Source: Takakia lepidozioides (Eukaryota > Plantae > Bryophyta). From it: a DNA stretch of 64,000 nt. The translations under genes and the position numbers were made by a program. The DNA lies in contig CM060734.1 in NCBI GenBank assembly GCA_030704615.1, positions 20,832,001-20,896,000 of the forward strand, in the 5' to 3' direction. The notes below the pieces were generated by a model. That model made no database searches and had not been told where the DNA came from. It saw only the letters and a program-made list of their open reading frames with translations. Of the stretch, positions 39,032-51,167 are shown one piece after another (positions within the stretch are counted from its first letter, which is position 1; every line of letters begins with the position of its first letter).

Positions 39032-40950
39032 TGTAGGACGATTACGGAGTAATCGTCAATGGCCGTGGAACACTCGTGTTCCGTGAATCAATATCTTTGT
39101 TACTGCTTCAGTCCTTGGACTAATCACAATACTAATCAGTAATGCTAGGAACTTAGCTCACCATCTCACCATCTCACGTTCTCTCATAATACACATTCTC
39201 TCCATCTCACAGTCACTCTATACATAAGTACTCGGAAAAGCATTGCTTTACTTCAGAGTCACCACGTCATAGCATAAGTACACATTGGATCGCTCTGATC
39301 ACACACTGATACCCTGATCATTCTGAAGTTGCGTGCAGTCCTTTTATACTATGCTCGAAAGAGCCATTTACAGCCTGCAGTCGTTAATGACCGTTGCGCA
39401 ACCTAAAAGGTTTGCCAAAAAAGTGGCCCGTGGTAGTGGCTTGTGGTCGTGTGCCTTGGTGGTACATGGCCCACAGTCCCTCACTACTTCTCCTACTAGT
39501 AAAGCCTATGCTACCATGGCCATGTGATATCGTGGTTCACGGCCCACGGCTGCTCCACAACCCACTATTGCTCCACGTGGTAGTGTGGCCCGTCCTCTGC
39601 TACTGCTAAGTGCCGAGCACTTAGCCATTTCTGCCTCATGGCCGGGTAGTATGAAGTCAATCACTACCCGCCATTATCCCGTCGTGGCTCAAGTTGCCCT
39701 GCCCTCATGGCACTGGCACTTAGCCGTTATCATTTATCCTCCCCCCTCCTTTGAGATTGTGTCCGCACAATTTCGTCAGTGCCTGTGTTTGCTCAGAGAA
39801 TGTAGGGTGGTGGCATGACCTGTTGTTGGCTCGTCTGCTGGTTGAGGAGTGCCTCCCATGTTGGTGATGGCCTTGGTGGCAGCTTCTTGTTCCTGTTATC
39901 ATCGTTGTCTGGTGCCTCCTTTGGCTCCTGTATGGGCCAGCTCTCCTCATCCGGGTGTTCCAATTTCCCATCCCTGCGTAGTGTGTCTATCTTGGTGGAC
40001 AGGGTTTTGCGGTAAGTGAGTAGCTCCTCCTTGGTCCAAGGCACAATGTCTCCGGTTGCCCTGCTGCCCATTAACCAGTTAACTGCTTGTGTCATTGTCT
40101 CCTTGAAGGGGTGGTCTCTATCCAGTACCAACGGTGAGAAGTGATCTTTCGCCTGGTGCCACGCTTCAGCATATAGTGGTCTGTCTACATATGTTGAGGT
40201 GCCCGAGACTCTCTCTAGTGGCTAGAATTTGGGCAATTCCCAGTGGGTATCCTTGTCAATGCTCTCGTATCGCTGCCAACTTGCCCGCATTGTGGTGAAC
40301 ATCCTGTACAGATAGCTATCAATGTAAAAGCTTGGGCAACCCATTACCACATCAACTGCTGGGGTGGGGTTGATCTTCAATTGCCCCGCTGCCCGCATGT
40401 AGGCTACCAACTCCTTGTACTCCAGAGGAGCTTGGCGCCAGAATTCTACCAATTCTGCCCCTAACCATGTCTCATCCTTGTCAAGTGGCCGCATTCTGTA
40501 TCTCCGGGGTATGAGTGTCTGATTGAGCATATGCAGCTGGCCTAAGGACTTGCAGGGGGTTAAGGCCTTGAATACCTTTCATGTTTGGGATTTGCTGGGC
40601 CAAAATGATCATCAACTTGAAGTATTCATCTTGAGCCATTCCCCATTCCGTTTGCATGGCATGATTTGAAAATCATCCACTGCTACCGAAGTTGATATGC
40701 TTGGTAATGGCACAGTGGTTACCTCTTGGTTGGATGGCCCTGTTGTGGCCTGTACCTGTGCCCCTTCAAGCTGTGGTGGTTGTATTGTTGGCGGTGTCTG
40801 TGTTGGTGTTGTTGTTGGGGATTGTATTGGTGCTTCCTGTTCTTGTTCATGGTCTTGTTCCTCCTGTTGATCCTCGTCCATTAGCTCCTCTTGTTCTGGA
40901 ATTGGTGGCAGGAATTCTTTGTGAATGTCTGTCACCAATTTCGCCATTTT
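39032..40950 (-). mobile_element. 3' remnant of an LTR retrotransposon: extra ORF, PPT and ~700-bp LTR
   Basis: On the minus strand, PPT AAAGGAGGGGGGAGGATAAA (39752-39733) is followed by TG, with a putative LTR 39732-39032 ending CA. The upstream ORF pieces are homologous to 47463-48737. Confidence 0.72.
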
Positions 40951-41365
40951 ACGAAATAAAGCGACCGCCGTTTGGTGGTTGTTTTTTTTTTTAATTAAAA
41001 AAATTAAGCAACTGCCCTTTGGCGGTCGCTCCTTTTTTATTATTAACAATATTAAGCGACCGTTGTGTGGCGGTCGGTTTTTTAGTTAATTACAAATATG
41101 AAGCGGCAGTCGCTTCATTTTATGTTCTCTTAGAGTTTTTTTAGAAAATGAAGCGACCGCCCTATGGTGGTCGCTCTTTTTAGATTTTTTTTAAAAATAA
41201 AGAGACCGCCTTATGGCGATCGCGGTTTTTGTTCTTAAAAAAAATAAAATGACAGCCAATACGACGGTCGCTATTTTATTTTATTTTTAAAAATGAAGCG
41301 ACCGCTAATACGGCGGTCGCTCTTTTAATTTTGCCTCTCATTTTTTAATATTAGCGACTTCAATG
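40950..41365. repeat. Palindromic-unit array
   Basis: AAGCGACCGCC..GGCGGTCGCT units with A/T spacers, ending in a motif inverted relative to 42045-42080. Confidence 0.85.
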
Positions 41366-41519
41366 CACCTATGGGCCCCGCCAGTACGGCCCATGGGGTG
41401 AGCGGATAAACCCCCACCTATTCACCGGGTCCGGATTCTGAATTTTTTCTAAGTCCTGGTTCTTTCATACCCTCCAAGAGACTGACTCCTCCAGCAGACT
41501 GACTCCAATCTTAGAGAGG

Positions 41520-41720
41520 ACTGACGAGCGGAGTGGCGATCGGCAAGCGAACTGGCAACTGGCGAGCAGACTGACAACTTGTGAGCAGACTGGCCAGCGC
41601 ACTGGTGATTGGCGAGCGGACCTGCCAACGGACTGGCGATTGGCGAGCATACCGGCTAGCGACTGGCAATTGGGGAGCGGACTGGCGAACTTCGAGCGGA
41701 CTCCAAATGGCGAGCGCACT
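41520..41720. repeat. Degenerate minisatellite (ACTGGCG/AGCGG units)
   Basis: Repeated ACTGGCGAGCGG/ATTGGCGAGC. Confidence 0.75.
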
Positions 41721-42044
41721 TACTCCAACCTTTAACCAAACTGGCAGACCCTCCTCAGAAAAAATATTTATTTATTATTAACACACATTACTACCACAAT
41801 ATCACCTGGCAGGATTTGAACACCAGACCGCATGCGTATTATAAGTTGCTCTTTACCACCACACTACACGTTGTTTTCTGAAACATCTCCAAAAAATTAA
41901 TGTTTTATGATGTGTTTGTGGGCCCCAGCAGACTAGCTTGCCCCCGCAGCCTCAGCTGAGCAGAATGAGCCCGACGGGTAGGGGGCGCCCCACCCGTCGC
42001 GACCCCCTCTCCCACATGCGGGCCCCGCCGCAACCACACGTGCC

Positions 42045-42318
42045 CGCATTGAAGACGCTAATATCAAACAACGAGAAGCTTTAATTTTTCTAACAAATGA
42101 AGCGACCGCCCTATGGCGGTCGCTCTTTTTAGATTTTTGAAAAAATAAATCGACCGCCTTATGGCAGTTGCTCTTTTTTGTTTTTAAAAAAAAAAAAACG
42201 ACCGCCAATACGGCGGTCGCTATTTTTTATTTTATTTTAAAAAATGAAGCGACCGTCAATACTGCGGTCGCACTTTTAAGTTTTTTTTTTTTTTTAATGA
42301 AGCAACCGCCTATGGTGG
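42045..42318. repeat. Palindromic-unit array, interrupted by the CRE insertion
   Basis: Units align directly with 41147-41330. Confidence 0.85.
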
Positions 42319-44662
42319 TACCTGAGGGTTTGCTCATAGCCAACAATCTGGAGGCCCCAAGGAGACGGGCCACTGGGGTAGGGATACGGCCAGCAGCAAT
42401 AAATGAGCAAATCTGAAATAGCTGAGAGAAGCCACTAGCAGAATCCTGTGGAGAGAAACAGTCGCATAAGTGCTCATACAGGAGACCGGAAGGAGCTGCC
42501 GTTCACTTTGTCTTCAGTTTCGAGATGCCTTCTCCGGACACCTCTTTCCTCACCAGTTCGGGGTCTTCACTCTAGGAGGTTGCGAGGCGGTGGTTCAGGG
42601 GATTCGTGCAGCTCTTGATCTTCATCCGGATTGGGTGGTTCTCCAGGTCGACGTCACCAACGCTTTCAACACTGTGTCACGAGCGGCTATCTTTCAGGAG
42701 CTCCGTTCAGCCGGAGGAGATTTCCACCAGCTCATTCCGTTTGTTCGATTATTCTATGCATCCACCACTCCCCTATACTACAGTCATCATTCTCGCCTAT
42801 GTGAGTGTTCCATCATTCAGTCCGAGGTTGGGACCCGCCAAGGCGACCCTTTAGGAGGACCTTTGTTTGCCATGGCTCACGTCCGCGCCCTCACGGCTTC
42901 TGCACAAGTACACTCATCTTGTCTTTTTCCGTCGGTGGCAGACGACACGCACATTGTAGGCCCTGCCTCACAGGTACTTTCAGCTTACCATCATTCTGTC
43001 ACCCAACTCTCTGCCGTGGGCCTTTCAATGCAACCTCGCAAATGTGTGGTGTGGTCTCCGTCTAGTCTCCCTGCAGATTTTGTCCTCCCTGCTCACTTCA
43101 TTGCTCCGCCCAATGGCATCAGAATCCTGGGAGTCTCTTTTGGCACCACCCAGTTCATAACGTCCTTCTTGGAAGATGCACTCCACCAGGATACCACCCA
43201 CGCCGATCTCCTTCCTAGGCTCGGAGATGTACAGGTAGCATATGGAATCTTGACCAAATGTTTCTTTCAGCATCCCTCCTATCTCTTGTGCACTGTTCCA
43301 CCCACCCCAGATTTCCTACACCTCTTATCTGGGTTTGATACTACCATGATGACTATCTTCGAGAGATTGTTAGGACCAGGAGCTCTGGAGGGTGCTCAGG
43401 GACTTTTGCCACGACAGCAAGCCGCCTTGCCCGTCTCTTCCAGTGATATGGGTCTTTTGTCCACTGTCACTACCGCCCCGTTAGCTTTCCTCGGTAGTTG
43501 GGCGTTGGTGGCGCTAGCCCTCGCTTCACGATTTCTTTGTGACCATCGTCCCATCCTTATGGATGTCGTTGCACATGTTGATAGTGGCATTTTACCCTTT
43601 CAGCAGCATCTCCGCTCTGCACGAGATCTCCTTCCGGCACCGGCGCGAGCATGTCTACCACCATTTGAGCAGTTGGTTGCTCAAGGCCTCGACCATCTTC
43701 AGGAGTCCATTTCCGAGCGCATGCACCGTCATTCCTTTTCCGGCATGCTCTCAAGTGCTTCTTCTAAATTGCATCGAGCCCGACTTCTATCATGCGCAAG
43801 ACTCGGAGCAGGGGCATGGTTGGCAGCACGACCCACTATCGCACATTTTCGCCTCTCATCCCCTATTTTCACTACTGCGCTCCGCCTTCGACTCGGTTTG
43901 CCTCATCCTTCGGCATTGGGCCTTCAGCGCTGCGTTTGTCTTCAGCCCATCGATGACCTTGCCATCCATCTCCTCCGCTGTCCATGTGGTGGTGAGCGCA
44001 CTGCGTCTCATGATATGGTTCGCGATGCGGTGGCATCTATTGCTTGGGAGGCAGGGTATCATGTACTGCGTGAGCAACCACATCTACGACCCACGCTCAT
44101 GTCCCACTCTACACGCCGCTGTGATGACATTGTCCTATCTAGAGATGGTTTGCGTACCCTAGTGGATGTCGTTCTCGCCGACCCCACTCGAGCGGATCTG
44201 CTATCTCGCGCAGCTACCACACCAGGCACGGCAACCACTGTAGCAGCTCAGGCCAAGGAGCGCGACTACAACAATCGTCACCCCACCGACAGATTTCTTC
44301 CGCTGGCGGTCGAGATATTTGGCTCATTGCACCGGCACTTCGACGATTTCCTGCGGACATGTGCACATCATGCAGCCAAGAGCTCTGTTGTGCGACACGG
44401 CTACACCAAGTGCTGCATTCTTACCCTCATTTTTTCTCTCATTTTGAATGCCAACGTACTCACCACTCTCCACAAGCAACCGCCCGCTATGCTGGCCCAC
44501 TCTGCCTTTGTTGCTACAGACTCTAGCACATCACCCCAAGGCCTTGACCTGCTTCAGTTTGCGCGCGTTGCTGGTGGCCACTGGGATAGCGATGATATGA
44601 TGGACGCAGCTGACTTCCGCCCGACTGCTATTGCGCTGGAAGCTGGTGGTAGCGCCAACTAG
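42318..44662 (+). mobile_element. CRE-clade (RLE) non-LTR retrotransposon, 5'-truncated with an inverted 5' segment
   Basis: ORF 42470-44662 contains HQFGV..GCEAVV, LQVDVTNAFNTVSR, GTRQGDPLG, VADD, the CCHC CVC..HLLRC, and RLE motifs HDMVRD, RRCDDIV..VDV, KERDY and FLPLAVEIFG. Segment 42318-42497 encodes the preceding RT part on the minus strand. Confidence 0.88.
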
Positions 44663-44935
44663 AGCGGGTGCAATACAACCAGCTCTTCACCCAGCCTGTC
44701 CATCAAGCTCTGCCAGACCAGATCCTTGCATGCTGATGTATCACGGCAGCAGGCTTCCTGCAGGTTATATCTACCTAGACACGGATATTATCCCACAAGG
44801 TGCAAAAATCCCCCACCCTTTTACTTGCTCAAGCATACACAAGGTTCTTTGCCTCTATGCCTCAACTCGTCTCTGTTTCACTCAGCTCTGCTTATCACCC
44901 ACAGTCCCCCGACACATCACAAGAGTCTGGCAGCC

Positions 44936-46255
44936 ATGGAAAAGCGCAAAGTTGTACCTAATGACATCATCAAAGCTGTAGTTGTTCCAAATGTCCTTCT
45001 GCACACTGCCCTGGCAGATTTGGCAAATGGCATAGAGGTCCATGGCGACATCTTCAGAGCTGGAATTATACCAACTGTCATTCTGAACAATACCCTGGTG
45101 GACTTGTATGCAAAATGTGGGTGCATTGAGGATGCAAAGGGAGTGTTTGATGCTATGGCTGAACGAGATACGGGGTCGTGGAATGCGATGCTTGAAGATT
45201 ATGCTGCAGTTGTACCAAATGTCATTCTATACACTGCCCTGGCAGATCTGGAAAAGGGCAATGAGATCCAAGGGCAAAGAAGTCCATGGCAACATCGTCA
45301 AAGCTGGAATTATAATGAAAGAGAAAGAGCTGCAGCCGCAACCGCAACAGACTATACTAGAGGTGGAGAGACAAACCCTTATCAACATGTATGCCAAGTG
45401 TGCCATGTGCGGCAGCATGGTGGGTGCACGCCAAGTGCTTGACAAAATGCCTGAACGAGATGTGTTTACCTGGACTATAATGGTGGCAGCAGGTTTCAAG
45501 CATGGTTTTGGGAGGGATTTACGTGCGCACAAAACAAGGAGTGACACACAACAAAGTCACATTGGCTTGCGTTCTCAATGACTGTGCCAGACTGGTAGCC
45601 ACAGCAAAGGGCAAAGAGGCCCACGATGACATTATCGGCGCTGTAAGTGCAACAGATGTTATTCTGGAGTCTATCCTCATTAATATGTATGCAAAGTATG
45701 AGATTGTAAGCACTGCTCGTCAAGACTTTTACAGGATGGCTGAATGAAATGTATTCTCTTGGAACGCAATGGCTGCAGCGTATGATCAGCATGGGTGTGG
45801 TAGGGAGGCTTCTGAGACCTGTGAACAGTTGATACTGGACGGGGTAGGAAGCATTGTGGTTGTTTGTCAAGTTAACAATATGGTGCAACACAATGCGGTT
45901 TACTGGAACACCATGATTGCAGGACATGCTCAGTGTGATTGTGATAGGGAAGCTCTTGAGATCTATGAACAACTGATGCCAGAAGGGGTCATGCCGGACA
46001 GGCTCATGTTCAACTGCAGTCTCAATGCGTGTGACAGCCCCCAAGTCCTAGCAAGGGGTAATGTGGCCCATGCCACTATCATCAAAGTTGGACTTCCACC
46101 AGATATTACTCCGGAGACGACCCTTGTCGAAGGACAAGCCATTCTTCTATTTCCAAATGTTTTTGTTCCCATGTTTTTGGGTAACGGTGGCTGCAATCTC
46201 TTATGGCAGAATCGTACCAAGACTGGCTCCACCATGGACAATGCCAGAAGGCTAC
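44936..46255 (+). pseudogene. PLS-class PPR pseudogene fragments
   Basis: NTLVDLYAKCGCIEDAKGVFDAMAERDTGSWNAML, LINMYAK, WNTMIAGHAQ, GVMPDRLMFNCSLNAC, with multiple frameshifts and stops. Confidence 0.85.
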
Positions 46256-47462
46256 TACTTCTTGTCAACACAAACCCCCATAGTGTCCAGCTACTCTATC
46301 CTCTGGTGTATGCTCTCCAAAACCCACCCGCACTACCATGTGGGTTGACGAGTTCTCTCAAGATCGAAGCGTTCCGTAGGCAGGAACTGTTGACTTGGCC
46401 TGATGCCCTTAGCTGGTGTCACATTGTGGTTGGCGCCCTCGAGTCATTCGGTACAGTTGCTTGTTGAGCGGCTTTTACTCATCCATCCCTTAGCTATCCG
46501 AGGTGGAAACTCCAAGATAGAAGAGTTGGAAATCTCTAAGTACTCAGCCCGCTCAGAAAAATCAGTCGTGACCTACAGCTAGTGTATCAGGGGGGTGCTT
46601 TCCTATTTCTATTCCTTCTTGCATTCATGTTAGCAAATTAGCTTATTGTCTATGATTAAGTATCAGATTGCTTCTGCAATCTACCATGTTCCATCTACTC
46701 AAGCATTCATTCCACAGCTTCACTCATATCTCTCTACACGGTGTGAGTATGAAATAGGAATCATATTAATATCTATCATGTATCAGGCCGAAGCCATGGT
46801 ATCCCTAATCTGCTCTACAATGCATCTCTACAGCTTGCATGTATCAAGCATCATCTCATCGTATCTCCTCCTCTGTGTAATCTCCATCCCTGTGCTCCAA
46901 GATCGTGCTCTCCGCCATGATACCAGAAACCATGTCCAAGCCCTGATCTCCGAAGTGATGTCCAAGAAGTGATCCCCTCCCTGTAATTACTATGCCTATT
47001 CACCTGCAAGCTGTTCTAACCGCCTAACTAACTAACTGTCATCCAAGACAAAATGCACGTTCCCTCTGCAGATGTCGTTCCCACGTAGTCGTTCCTTGTC
47101 AATGATAACCGTTCCCTGTGAACGCTGTGACGGGCTATGCCAAGCTGTGTCGGGCTGTGACTGGCTGTGTCTAATTGTGACAGGCTATGTCAGGCTGTGT
47201 CTGGCTATGACTGACTATGTTAGACTGTGTAAGGCTGTGTCAGACTGTGACAGGCTGTAGCAGGTTGTGTTTGACTGTGTTAGCCTGTTTGCCACCCCTA
47301 AGGCATGTGTCTGTCACCCTTAAGGCTTGTGTTGATCTGAGTCTACCACCCGTAGGTTTGCGCAAAATTAAGGGTACCCCACAGAACCCGTAAAACTGTC
47401 TAAGTCCCAGACAGCCCTCTAATATTATCCCTCCCCCTCTCAAAAAGCCGTGTCCTCACGGT

Positions 47463-48737
47463 TTACTGCTTAGGATCAGCAAACCTTTGTGAACGAGCAC
47501 CCTTCTGCCGGTGAGAGTCCCTCGGAGGGCTCTGTGTGTGAGCCCGAGCCATGTCGCTGGCTGGTGGGGATGACTGTCGACTAGATGGAGCTGACTGCCC
47601 TGCCTTAGGCTGATATGGAGGTAACTTTTCAGGCATAGGAGATCCCCGCCGTTTCTTCTCCGCCATTTGTATCGCATAATCCTCAGACATATCAAAATTC
47701 CCGTCCACAGAACCAGTAGTATCCGAATCATCTTCCCCCCGTTGGCCGTATTGTCTTCTGACCTTTTGTGACTTCTCAGGAATCCTGACTGGCATACAAT
47801 GTATGCCCACCATGTCTGGAAGCTTATACTGTAAGACTTGTGTCAACCTCTTTCGGGCAAGATTAGTGTATGCCCGCAGCTCATCATCTGTATAGCTGAG
47901 TGGTGTGCCAATGACTTTGGAGAAGTGTAGCCAATTCCTGGCTTCATGCCCCTTGGGAAAAATGTGGTCAAGACCTAAGTTCTCCAGAGCAAAAGTAAAC
48001 CAAGAACGGAGTTGGGGATCCTTCTGAAGCATGATCCTTATATCATACAGATATGTGTGTGGTGGAATTGGAGGTAACGTCCAATGCTCCCCACTGGAAT
48101 AAGTCTGAAACCTCATCTGCATCTTCTGCTGCTCAATGTGGTAGCGTGAAATAAAACAAGCAACATAATACAGCCCACAACCCATGGTCTTGGTGTAGAT
48201 GAATCCATGAACAATCTGGAAGGCAATTAATTCCTTCAGCATGGTTCCTGCCTCAGACCAGTACCGTGCAAAATGGTGATCTTCAATGGGTCGGTCAGTT
48301 GGAAGAACTTTAGTCCGAGTTGCCACTGGCAACCAAATGCGCATAATCGGGTAATAGTGTGCCAAAGTCTCTGGAGGACTGAATTCTTTCCAGGCCAAAT
48401 CCATAACAATGGGAATTTGGTTGAAGGGCAGAATCATAGCTCGATTGTATTCAAGTGCAGCAGGAGTAGTAGGTGGGTTAAAAGAAGCATCACCCCAAAC
48501 CTCAGACAGTGATTGCTGCAGTGCCATGGTATCAACACTGTCGACCTGGTGTGGCTGCTGTGATGTTGTTGCCACAATCCCTCGTGATGTTGGCAAGTCC
48601 TGCACTTCATGTGCTGAAAATTGGAAAATCAAAGTCTTTGCCTGCAAATAAGTAGCCATGAGCTGTTCCTCAGGAACAAAGGCCATTTTCTCAATGTTGA
48701 AGCCCAAGTCATCTACTTGAGTCTGAAGCCCTTCCAC
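47463..48737 (-). CDS. Uncharacterised extra ORF of the LTR element (424 aa open frame)
   Basis: Stop-free frame directly upstream of the PPT, homologous to the ORF pieces at 39793-40530. Confidence 0.6.
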   Translation of the reverse strand: MEGLQTQVDDLGFNIEKMAFVPEEQLMATYLQAKTLIFQFSAHEVQDLPTSRGIVATTSQQPHQVDSVDTMALQQSLSEVWGDASFNPPTTPAALEYNRAMILPFNQIPIVMDLAWKEFSPPETLAHYYPIMRIWLPVATRTKVLPTDRPIEDHHFARYWSEAGTMLKELIAFQIVHGFIYTKTMGCGLYYVACFISRYHIEQQKMQMRFQTYSSGEHWTLPPIPPHTYLYDIRIMLQKDPQLRSWFTFALENLGLDHIFPKGHEARNWLHFSKVIGTPLSYTDDELRAYTNLARKRLTQVLQYKLPDMVGIHCMPVRIPEKSQKVRRQYGQRGEDDSDTTGSVDGNFDMSEDYAIQMAEKKRRGSPMPEKLPPYQPKAGQSAPSSRQSSPPASDMARAHTQSPPRDSHRQKGARSQRFADPKQ

Positions 48738-50232
48738 ATCCAGCAGTGCAACTGCTCAAGGAGTTGCGGTTGGAGGGGTTGTTGCGCAAAGAGTGGTCTT
48801 TGCATCATCGGGATTTGATGATCCAGTTCATCAAGAACTTTGAGCCAAAGATAGGAGTTACCCAGGTGAAGGGCGTAGATATACAAGTTACTCCGCAGTA
48901 CTTGCAACAGCTTTTTGAATTATCATCTGGTAATGTGAGCGTGGACGAGCACAGGGCAAGATTGCAAATAGGGGATCTTTTCCAAGAAACGAGTTTTTTC
49001 AGGAACCAGGGATTCACTTGCACCAAAGCCGAGTATCCAGGGTTGAGGGAAATTGGCCAGGTACTAAACATTCTATTTGCCATGAAACAAAACCAACAGT
49101 ATCTTAGTAGATCTTTTACGGAGGAGGTTTTGAAAGCCTTGAGAGGAGTGTGGTGTGGCGATTGTTTGCCTCTGTAAGATTGTCGTGCTCTTTACTCGTA
49201 GATCCTCCATGTCTCTAATTCGCTTCATCCCGGACAAACAAGAAGGTCTTGTTTGGAATAACTGCAGGAAAGCTTGTAATGCGTATAGCATGAAAGTGTG
49301 ATTAGCACAGAATGGAATATGCAAGTGGGTGTAAGCCTGCGGGGCTTGCAAATAGTGAGTGAGAGAGAAAGTACTTTCGACCTGCCCTTCCTTGCGCCAC
49401 TGCGTAAGAAGTAGAGCTAGTATATAGTCCGTGATATCCGCCATAGCTACAAAGCTATAGCTTTGATTGCCCATCCTGTCGAGACACTGGTTATCCGGAA
49501 TAACACCTATTCTTCCGCTCATAATCTTCTTAATTTCTTGTTCTTGTTCTTTGAATGGAGTCTCTTGCACAAAATTCACGTTGCTAATTGGCCATTGCCT
49601 TATTAGGTAACTTCTCATTTTTACCCTAATCTGTTTACATTCCATCTTGGAATGACCACTAGGACTGCATATGTGGCAAAGGTTCCCCTTTGCCGGACGC
49701 GTAAAGTGTTCCGTTACCTGTCCTCTTGATGCATTAATGGGCTCATAATAAGTTTCGGCTGATGTACCGGGTAGGTACTTTGACGGCCCTGTTTGTCGTC
49801 TTGTGTGATGAAGCTCGTTATTGCAGTACATGCAATGCGGAGTGCTTTGCCCCTTAGGCCACGTGTTTGAATTCAAACACTCTCCCGTCTCCTTCTGTCT
49901 GCGTGGCACATTCTCCGAGTTTGACTTCCAAACTGTCTTTACACTTACCGGCCACTTTACTGACGTTAACCCGTGTCCACCTGTCACTGCCCTTATGGAC
50001 TGTGCAACCTGTGTAGGCTGTGTTGCCTGTGATGGGCTGTGACAAATTGTGGTAGGCTGTGATATGCTGTAACAGACTGTGGTGGTTGTGATGGCTGTGT
50101 GAACACTTGTGTTCTCTGCTATGGCCATACACATTCGGCTTTATGACAAGTGCTTCATGCTCCGCTGGTGCTACTAATGTAGTATGTGACTGCATCTGTG
50201 TTTCAAGATGCAAATCATGCTGCAATGGTCTA

Positions 50233-51081
50233 TCATGGATACCACTGTATCCCTTTTAACTTATTGGCATTGACTCTACCAAGCATCTCTTTGTTAATGG
50301 TTTGTAACATAGGTGTGTTGTTATCATACATCTTATGTATGACATAAGGTCCTTTCCATGGTGATTTAAGCTTAGAAGCTTTAATCTTTCCCTTCTTCTG
50401 CAACCACAGTACCAAATCACTTGTCTTAAAAGTCTTCAATTTACCTTCATCAAACTGATCCGTCCTCTTCATCTCAATTCTGGCCATGTTATCTGCTGCA
50501 TCAGCACGTACTTCTTCCACATGATATAGTTCATGTTTCCTTACTTTAATTGAATCCTCCAATTCCATTCTCCTTCCCCATTCAGTTCTTATGGTAGGTA
50601 ATAAGAATTCCACTGGAAGTAAAGCTTCCATGCCATAAACAAATTGGAATGGTGTGTACTTGGTGGTGACCTTATATGAAGTGCTGTATGACCACAAAGC
50701 TGTCAACAACTTTGTATCCCAGTCTATCCCGTTCGCATTGACTATCTTAGCCAAAATAATGCATAGTATTTTGTTGGTGGCCTCTGCCTGCCCATTGCCT
50801 TGTGGGTAATGGGTTGTACTCTTCTTGTGCACAATCATGAACTCTTTAGTCAATAGTTCAATGGTCTCATTAATGAAATGACTTCCCTGGTCACCGAAAA
50901 ATTCCAGGGGACAGCCAAATCTTGTGATAATGTTCTCATATAGGAACCTTGTTGTGGACTTAGCTGTGTTGTCTCTCAGAGCCTTAGCTTCCACCCATTT
51001 TGTGAAATAATCAGTGGCTATGATTATATACTTGTTCTGTGTATTCCTGGCTGGTGGATTGATTGGTCCAACAAAATCCAA
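50233..51081 (-). CDS. Retrotransposon integrase (rve DDE core plus GPY/F motif)
   Basis: DFVGP, DYFTKWVEA, DQGSHF, YPQGNGQAEATNK, WKGPY. Truncated N-terminally at ~51120. Confidence 0.92.
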   Translation of the reverse strand: MDFVGPINPPARNTQNKYIIIATDYFTKWVEAKALRDNTAKSTTRFLYENIITRFGCPLEFFGDQGSHFINETIELLTKEFMIVHKKSTTHYPQGNGQAEATNKILCIILAKIVNANGIDWDTKLLTALWSYSTSYKVTTKYTPFQFVYGMEALLPVEFLLPTIRTEWGRRMELEDSIKVRKHELYHVEEVRADAADNMARIEMKRTDQFDEGKLKTFKTSDLVLWLQKKGKIKASKLKSPWKGPYVIHKMYDNNTPMLQTINKEMLGRVNANKLKGIQWYP

Positions 51082-51167
51082 TCCCCATTTCTAGAAGGAT
51101 TCAGTAGGCATTGTAGGATGCAAAGCCATCTTCCCCGATCTTTGCAAGGGTTGTCACTGAGCAGTAC

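Larger units (their letters stand above)
46263..51120 (-). mobile_element. 3' half of a Gypsy-like LTR retrotransposon: integrase, extra ORFs, PPT and LTR
   Basis: Integrase 51081-50233, extra ORFs, and PPT GAGAGGGGGAGGGATAA (47441-47425). The LTR runs from 47424 to approximately 46263 (left boundary uncertain) and contains 10-bp GGCTGTGAC-like repeats at ~47120-47280. Confidence 0.82.

Noticed and set aside
38876-41475. A single TIR element bounded by ATTAAAGGACCCGGAC / GTCCTGGTTCTTTCAT
   Set aside because: The match is short and imperfect, and I found no TSD.
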